From: the human T2T-CHM13v2.0 reference genome, Homo sapiens
NCBI RefSeq assembly: GCF_009914755.1
Contig: NC_060937.1
Reading direction: 5' to 3' (one strand)
DNA length: 64,000 bases
Positions 56,387-64,000 of the stretch are shown one piece after another (positions within the stretch are counted from its first letter, which is position 1; each line of letters starts with the position of its first letter). Below the pieces are notes generated by a model. That model was not told the origin of the DNA, ran no database searches, and saw only the letters and a list, made by a program, of their open reading frames with translations. Made by a program: the position numbers and the translations under genes.

Positions 56387-58363
56387 TCAGTGGGGGCAGA
56401 GAGCTGTACACAGGCTCAGGCAGGTCCCTGGGCTGCAGCTGAATACCAGTCAGCTCGAATAAAGGTAGGGTAAGCATTCAAAAGAGCAAAGTATTCCTGT
56501 GAATGAAAAATAAGCTAATTCCTAAAGGAGAGAAGGACATGTTAAACTGTTCGGTAGATGCTATTCCTGACTGTATTGATTTTATGTGTGGGTTTTTTTT
56601 TTTCTAACAATACTAGAGAAAGTGACCCCAAGATTCTCAGAATCAATCATGGCAAATCTCAATAGTGTTCTATTCCAGGAAGTGGTCTGACCCAACAAAG
56701 GTTTGTTTCACATGCAGACTCAATCGCCTAAAATTTATACCGCCCAAAGCACTGAGCCTCCTGTGATTCTGTCAGTGGTAATTTTCTTGAGTTGTATAAG
56801 CTTCATTATTAACAAATCCAAAGAGGAAGAAAAACAGGTGCAGGGTACATCTATCCTGTCACATTTCACAGACTGTGGGTTTAAATCACCCAGATGCTTA
56901 CACATAATCACAAAACAGTATTTATAGCTGACTCCAAAGCATTCAAAGGCTGATGATCCAGTTTACAAATTCGACTACCCTGTTCCATCATTTTACCTAC
57001 TTTCTTTTCATTTCAGTGCTTGTCATTATCCCCAAGTATTAGGTTGGCAAGAAGAAAAAAAAATAAAACTCAAACTAGTCTATTAAGAACTTAAGGTCTC
57101 AGTGAAGATGGCTGGTAAGGATTAATGCAATTGACTAAGATGACATTTTTGGATTATGTGTGTATTTCAATCATCTATGCTTTCCCCAGGCCAGTTCATG
57201 TCATGAAAATTGATATTCACTAGCATAGTCATGCCTTCCAGATCCTCCTTACCCTGAGAGTTTGTACGTAGGCTCTTCTCTACTTATAAGATGCAGACGT
57301 GGAGAAATGGCATGATTTAGGATTACAAAAAGATGGAATTATGCTAATCCCACACCAAAGCCAAGAAGAGCAGGAATGGATTCACACCCTGCTATTCCCA
57401 TGACCTATGGACCATTGAAAACCACAACTCCTTCCCCAGTTTACTGAAATGTCTTGAAGGCTTTATAAAGGGGGCTTTTCAGGGACAGCATCTGGGAAAT
57501 GTCACTCAAGGTGTGTCAACATCATCCTGCTCCCTGGGAGGGACAGCACATTTGTTCAATACAAATGCGTATTGTGTATTAAGAGACTTCGTCTTTCCTG
57601 TTTATTTCCTTGGCATTTTCCCAGGCAAGTGGGTCAGAGGGTGAACTTTAAAGTATGATTTGATTACTGACATTCTTGGATTTTTGGTTGTCAGGCATTG
57701 CTTAACTCTTGTTACCTCGTGCCCTCTGTGTCTGCAAAGTGGTGATTTAGTTCTGACTCACTTGATACACAGGGAAGATAAAAAGGATGATCACAAAACT
57801 GCCTTTCACTTAGCACTTACCAAGAATTTGCCATTTACAGCAACATATCAGGTTCTGTGTGGCTTATTACATGAGATGGTCACAACAAGGTACAACCAGG
57901 AAACACTTCTTTTTTCTCCCATTGCTGGTCTGCTACGTCAAAGCTTTCTGTTCCATCCCTGGACAAGAGCTCAGGCAGCTCCCACCACTTTCATTCACTT
58001 TAAGACTCACTCTTAGATATTGAAAGTCCAGTAGAGTCATATCAAAACACCAAGATCACATTTACAACTTTCTCCTCCCCTTTAACCCAGGCCTGCAGGT
58101 CAGACAACTACAGTAGGTATAAGGGTGCCCAAACTGGTCTCTCATGTCTTTTCTGCCTTTCCTTCTCTATCTTCCTTCTCTCTCAGCCTCATAGAGCCAA
58201 AGGGGAAGAGGAGCAAACTACAGAAACTCCCCCTGAGATCACCCCAGCTGGACATCAGCCCTCAAGTGATGAAGACGTCCATACTTCCAAGGTTCCCCGC
58301 AGCTGTGTTGAGCTCTCAGACCTGGGCAAGGGGCTCTCTGGCCAGCCTCTTTCAATCTTGCTC

Positions 58364-58888
58364 TAATAAAGGCAGGAGGCAGACAAATGCCTAGGCAGCT
58401 AGGGAAGGGTCTCGGGTGAGACCCCCGCTTCAAGCTTAAAGCAGCCTGAAAGCTGAAAGACCAGAGTGCTGGTTCCGGATGAAACCTGCAACCCAGAGGG
58501 AAAACTTCTGCCCCTGTTTGTCCACCCTTTCCCAGTTGATTCTTTCTGAATAAGGCCTTTCAACCAATCAAATGCTGCCTTTTCCAATACTATCTATGGC
58601 TTGCCAGGGCGTGCCTGCCTGAGCACTGGGGGAATGGGATGGAGCCACCAGGAATTCATGCCTTATGCAAGGGAGGAGTGGCCTCTTTAGCGCGTGTGTG
58701 GTAGCCCTGATATTCAATTAGGGAGGTGAAAACCTGTTGGCAGGACCTCCCCTCTTTTGCCAAGAGCTTTTTTTCGCTTAATAAATTCCATCCTTCTCAC
58801 CATTCAATGTTTCTGCATGCCTAATTTTTTCTAGCTGTGAGACAAGAACACACATTTAGCTGAACTAAGGAGCAAAAATCCTGCATCA
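58364..58888 (+). mobile_element. ERV1-class solo LTR (MER61/LTR27-group-like)
   Basis: taataaaggcaggaggcagac...cccgcttcaagcttaaagcagcctgaaagctgaaa...aataaattcc...gctgaactaaggagcaaaaatcctgcatca; CCAAT boxes, AATAAA, flanks gctc/cctc. Confidence 0.75.
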
Positions 58889-59526
58889 CCTCCATCTCCT
58901 ATCCACAGCAGTCAAACCCCCAAAAGATCTAACTGTAGGTGATCTTTGGAAAGGATCTCATCCAGATGGCCCTGTTACTTTGGTCCTTGGGAAATCAGCA
59001 TTGCTATAAATCCGCCCAGGTACAGCCCACCCACCCTCTGCCTCTGTGGGCTACTTCAGATACCCTCCTGCCTTCAGAACTTGCAGGACACAGGCTTCAG
59101 TCTTAATGTCACATCTGTGGACACATGAGGTTTCCCAGGAACTCCCTCTCCATGCTCCATACAGATGGTGACACTCCCCAACAGACCTCCCGCCAAGACT
59201 GAAGAACCAGTCCTCCCTTCTGTAGGCTGCGGGCACTGCCAGTCTCTACAGGGGTCCTCCTGGGAGGTCTCACTTGCTGGAGGAGGGGAAGAGTTGTTGG
59301 AAACACCCTGAGAAAAAGGGCAGAGATCTCTATTTATGTGGACTCCTTCCAATAAAACCCATTCGAATTTCTTTTCATTTCTTTATAAGCTGAAAATGCG
59401 GCCAGGTTGGGGGTGCTATTTGCTGGATCAGATTTTCTATCTTTTAGTAAGACTGGCTTGGATGTGTCTATTACTTGTCTTTCCAAATGTGAGGATACTT
59501 ATCCCCTAGTCTAAGGTTTTGGACTT

Positions 59527-59888
59527 TGATAGGGTTTGGCTGTGTCCTCACCCAAATCTCATCTTGAATTGTAGCTCCCATAATTCCTGTATGTTGTGGG
59601 TGGGACTCAGTGGGAGATAATTGAATCATGGGGGCAGTTTCCTCCATACTGTTCTCATGGAAGTGAAGAAGTCTCATGAGATCTGATGATTTTATAAGGG
59701 GTTTCCCCTTTCACTTGGCTATCATTTCTCTCTTGTCTGTCACCATGTAAGATGTGCCTTTCACCTTCTGTCATGATTGTGAGGCCTCCCAGCCACATGG
59801 AACTGTGAGTCCATTAAACTTCTTTTTCTTTATAAATTACCCAGTCTCAGGTATGTCTTTAACAGCAGCGTGAAAACAGACTAATACA
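59527..59888 (+). mobile_element. THE1 (B/C-like) solo LTR
   Basis: tgatagggtttggctgtgtcctcacccaaatctc...aaacagactaataca; perfect TSD gactt (59522-59526 / 59889-59893). Confidence 0.96.
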
Positions 59889-61004
59889 GACTTCAACCAA
59901 ATTTTGGAGATTGACCTTCCATTGACATTCTATTACACATCTACCACACATGTAAAATCCAGATGTCCACTTCCCTTTCTTGCTCAGATTCCAGCCTCCT
60001 AACATATAAGGATAAGCACAGGCTTTATACAGCTGTGAGTGGCTCCTGAGGAGCTGTTCTCAGTATCAAGACTTCATCCTCCATCCCTCCTAACCCCCAC
60101 CATGAGCAACTTTTCACAGCACTAATGGCCATGTGCAGAAATCCTGACTGTCAACTCAACAGGATGAGGCTTCCTCTCCAGGATAGGAGTGAGTCTTCCA
60201 TTTCCCCGCGGCTGTTGCAAGAAGCTATACCTTCATGAATTTCTTCACTAAAGGGTTAGGACAAGTTTTAAAAAGGAATTACAACATGGAGAGAAGGAGA
60301 GGCTGTTTTCATTAACTACTTCCAGAAGCCAGAGGGAAAGTCCCCAAGGAAATGAACACTCCACAAGAGGATCATTCATGGATACTCCACAGATCCTACC
60401 TGGCTGCCCTGCCCTGCAGTTCCTGCTTCTCTCTCTCCCAGTCACCTCTTTCTGCAAGTGTCCATGTGTGAATTCCACCCATCTCTCAGTGAAATCATCC
60501 CTATCCACAGAAAGGAGTCTCACTCTCCTGGATCTTACAGAATCTCTATTTCTGCATAGTATGTTATAATATAAAAGTCTTTCCAACAATGAGAAAACTG
60601 TGATGAATCATATACTAAATATCTGTGCATCCTCCTCCAAGCTTTATCAAATCTAAACACTTTTGCTATATTTACCTGTGATTCTTTTTCTAAAAAGTAA
60701 CAATATTTTACAAAAATAATTAAGTCCCATAATCCTAACACTTCCCACCCCATGCCCTCCTTCCTCCCTCATCCCCTAACTAGAGGAAACTGCTTTAGGG
60801 ATATGATGTTTTGCCTCATGCATTTTTCTCAAGTCTACACTTTTGGGGCTGGAGAAGTCTAGGGTTTGCTTTCCCATGATGCCAGCAGGATTTCCAAGCT
60901 CCTCAAAACATTTCAAAGTGGGGAAAAGTGGTGGAATCTGGCTATCCAGACACCATCGTATAAAGTGAATATGGGTCTTCCAGGATGAGTTTCCCTTTTC
61001 CGCT

Positions 61005-61200
61005 CCTTAACTCATTTATTTCACACATTCATTATTCACAATTAGTGGATTGCCAGGCACTGTTCTAAACTCTGGGAACATGGTAATGACCAAGACTGAG
61101 AAACCCCTCCCCAGAGGGCTTACATTCCAATGAGGGGAGAGGGACAAGAAGAAGATAACTCAACAGATCAGAATATATTAGATAAGTGCTCGGTAGAAAA
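61005..61200 (-). mobile_element. L2 3' tail fragment
   Basis: ctcatttatttcacacattc...tgccaggcactgttctaaactctgggaacatggtaatgaccaagac...gcttacattccaatgagg. Confidence 0.7.
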
Positions 61201-61207
61201 GGGGAAA

Positions 61208-62253
61208 GGAGGAGGAGGAGCCAAGGTGGCCGAATAGGAACACCTCCAGTCTATAGCTCCCAGCATGAGCGACGCAGAAGATGGGTGATTTCTGCATTTC
61301 CATCTGAGGTACCGGGTTCATCTCACTAGGGAGTGCCAGACAGTGGGCGCAGGATAGTGGGTGCAGCGCACCGTGAGCCAGCCGAAGCAGGGTGAGGCAT
61401 TGCCTCACTCGAGAAGTGCAAGGGGTCAGGGAGTTCCCTTTCCTGGTCAAGGAAAGGGGTGACAGACGGCACCTGGAAAATCGGGCCACTCCCACCCGAA
61501 TACTGTGGTTTTCTGACAGGCTTAGGAAGCGGCGCACCAGGAGATTATATCCCGCACATGGCTCGGAGGGTCCTACACCCATGGAGTCTCACTGATTGCT
61601 AGCACAGCAGTCTGAGATCAAACTGCAAGGCAGCAGCAAGGCTGGGGGGGGGGGGCGGGGTGCCCGCCATTGCCCAGGCTCACTTAGGTAAATAAAGCAG
61701 CCGGGAAGCTCGAACTGGGTGGAGCCCACCACAGCTCAAGGAGGCCTGCCTGCCTCTGTAGGCTCCACCTCTGGGGGTAGGGCACAGACAAACAAAAAGA
61801 CAGCAGTAACCTCTGCAGACTTAAATGTCCCTGTCTGACAGCTTTGAGGAAAGCAGGTGTTCTCCCAGCATGCAGCTGGAGATCTGAGAACAGGCAGACT
61901 GCCTCCTCAAGTGGGTCCCTGACCCCTGACCCCAGAGCAGCCTAACTGGGAGGCACCCCCCATTAGGGGCAGACTGACACCTCACACGGCCGGGTACTCC
62001 TCTGAGACAAAACTTCCAGAGGAACGATCAGAGAGCAGCATTCATGGATCACAAAAATCCGCAGTTCTGAAGACACCGCTGCTGATACTCAGGCAAACAG
62101 GGTCTGGAGTGGACCTCTAGCAAATTCCAACAGACCTGCAGCTGAGGGTCCTGTCTCTTAGAAGGAAAACTAACAAACAGAAAGGACATCCACACCAAAA
62201 ACTCATCTGTACATCACCATCATCAAAGACCAAAAGTAGATAAAACCACAAAG
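61208..62253. promoter_or_regulatory. L1 5'UTR internal sense/antisense promoter
   Basis: Position and sequence match the L1 5'UTR; most CpG-retaining region of the window. Activity not shown. Confidence 0.7.
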
Positions 62254-63270
62254 ATGGGGAAAAAACAGAATAGAAAAACTGGAAACTCTAAAAAGCAGAG
62301 CGCCTCTCCTCCTCCAAAGGAACGCACTTCCTCACCAGCAACGGAACAAAGCTGCATAGAGAATGACTTTGACGAGTTGAGAGAAGAAGGCTTCAGACGA
62401 TCAAACTACTCCAAGCTACAGGAGTAAATTCAAACCAAAGGCAAAGAAGTTGAAAACTTTGAAAAAAATTTAGATGAATGTATAACTAGAATAACCAATA
62501 CAGAGAAGTGCTTAAAGGAGCTGATGGAGCTGAAAGCCAAGGCTCGAGAACTATGTGAAGAATGCAGAAGCCTCAGGAGCCGATGCAATCAACTGGAAGA
62601 AAGGGTATCAGTGATGGAAGATCAAATGAATGAAATGAAGCGAGAAGGGAAGTTTAGAGAAAAAGGAATAAAAAGAAATGAACAAAGCCTCCAAGAAATA
62701 TGGGACTATGTGAAAAGACCAAATCTGCGTCTGACAGGTGTACCTGAAAGTGACGGGGAGAATGGAACCAAGTTGGAAAACACTCTGCAGGATATTATCC
62801 AGGAGAACTTCCCCAATCTAGCAAGGCAGGCCAACATTCACATTCAGGAAATACAGAGAACGCCACAAAGATACTCCTCGAGAAGAGCAATTACAAGACA
62901 CATAATTGTCAGGTTCACCAAAGTTGAAACGAAGGAAAAAATGTTAAGGGCAGCCAGAGAGAAAGGTCAGGTTACCCACAAAGCGAAGCCCATCAGACTA
63001 ACAGCGGATCTCTTGGCAGAAACTCTACAAGCCAGAAGAGAGTGGGGGCCAATATTCAACATTCTTAAAGAAAAGAATTTTCAACCCAGAATTTCATATC
63101 CAGCAAAACTAAGCTTCATAAGTGAAGGAGAAATAAAATACTTTACAGACAAGCAAATGCTGAGAGATTTTGTCACCACCAGGCCTGCCCTAAAAGAGCT
63201 CCTGAAGGAAGCACTAAACATGGAAAGGCACATCTGGTACCAGCCACTGCAAAATCATGCCAAAATGTAA
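62254..63270 (+). pseudogene. L1 ORF1p (338 codons) with a premature stop at codon 58
   Basis: ATGGGGAAAAAACAG at 62254; in-frame TAA at 62425-62427; downstream 248-aa ORF 62524-63270 (REKG, ARR, YPAKLS motifs). Confidence 0.93.
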
Positions 63271-63333
63271 AGACCATCGAGACTAGGAAGAAACTGAATC
63301 AACTAACGAGCAAAATAACGAGCTAACATCAAA

Positions 63334-64000
63334 ATGACAGGATCAAATTCACACATAACAATATTAACTTTAAATGTAAATGCACTAAATACTCCAATTA
63401 AAAGACACAGACTGGCAAATTGGATAAAGAGTCAAGACCCATCAGTGTGCTGTATTCGGGAAACCCATCTCACGTGCAGAGACACACATAGGCTCAAAAT
63501 AAAGGGATGGAGGAAGATCTACCAAGCAAATGGAAAACAAAAAAACGCAGGGTTTGCAATCCTAGTCTCTGATAAAACAGACTTTAAACCAACAAAGATC
63601 AAAAGAGACAAAGAAGGCCATTACATAATGGTAAAGGGATCAATTCAACAAGAAGAGCTAACTATCCTAAATATATATGCACCCAATACAGGAGCACCCA
63701 GATTCATAAAGCAAGTCCTGAGTGACCTACAAAGAGACTTAGACTCCCACACAATAATAATGGGAGACTTTAACACCCCACTGTCAACATTAGACAGATC
63801 AACGAGACAGAAAGTCAACAAGGATACCCAGGAATTGAACTCAGCTCTGCACCAAGGGGACCTAATAGACATCTACAGAACTCTCCACCCCAAATCAACA
63901 GAATATACATTTTTTTCAGCACCACACCACACCTATTCCAAAATTGACCACATACTTGGAAGTAAAGCTCTCCTCAGCAAATGTAAAAGAACAGAAATTA
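63334..64000 (+). CDS. L1 ORF2p endonuclease domain (partial, open to window edge)
   Basis: MTGSNSHITILTLNVN...ETHL...GDFNTPL...SKIDHILG; no stop in 222 codons read by eye. Confidence 0.85.
   Translation, partial: MTGSNSHITILTLNVNALNTPIKRHRLANWIKSQDPSVCCIRETHLTCRDTHRLKIKGWRKIYQANGKQKNAGFAILVSDKTDFKPTKIKRDKEGHYIMVKGSIQQEELTILNIYAPNTGAPRFIKQVLSDLQRDLDSHTIIMGDFNTPLSTLDRSTRQKVNKDTQELNSALHQGDLIDIYRTLHPKSTEYTFFSAPHHTYSKIDHILGSKALLSKCKRTEI

Larger units (their letters stand above)
61208..64000 (+). mobile_element. 5'-intact L1PA3/PA4-type element, continues beyond window
   Basis: Starts ggaggagccaaggtggccgaataggaac; ~1.05-kb 5'UTR, ORF1, 63-nt spacer, ORF2 endonuclease. Confidence 0.97.

Noticed and set aside
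57558-57582. Small hairpin aatacaaatgcgtattgtgtatt as a possible miRNA or structured RNA
   Set aside because: The stem is far too short and AT-rich for a pre-miRNA.

Overview
This is primate (human-like) non-coding genomic DNA. It is AT-rich, CpG-depleted and dominated by transposable elements: L1PA/PB/M, L2, MIR, Alu, MaLR LTRs (THE1/MST/MLT1), ERVL/MLT2/LTR33, an ERV1 solo LTR and DNA transposon relics. I cannot recognise any host protein-coding exon, RNA gene or CRISPR array. The long ORFs are L1 ORF1/ORF2, an ERVL pol relic, or antisense-Alu/microsatellite artefacts. I found no evidence for a previously undescribed biological system. The most notable structures are: (1) a 5'-inverted (twin-primed) L1 nested inside another twin-primed L1, forming two nested long inverted repeats (33.1-35.7 kb); (2) a 5'-intact L1PA3/4-type element at the right edge that keeps the ~129-bp ZNF93 segment but has a mutated YY1 site, one ORF1 nonsense codon and a rewired antisense ORF0; (3) several nested insertions with readable target-site duplications (TSDs); (4) a Tc2/Kanga transposase relic; (5) a few speculative minus-strand exon and regulatory candidates in unique sequence. 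Subfamily names come from recalled consensus motifs, not a RepeatMasker run, and boundaries of old repeats are approximate.
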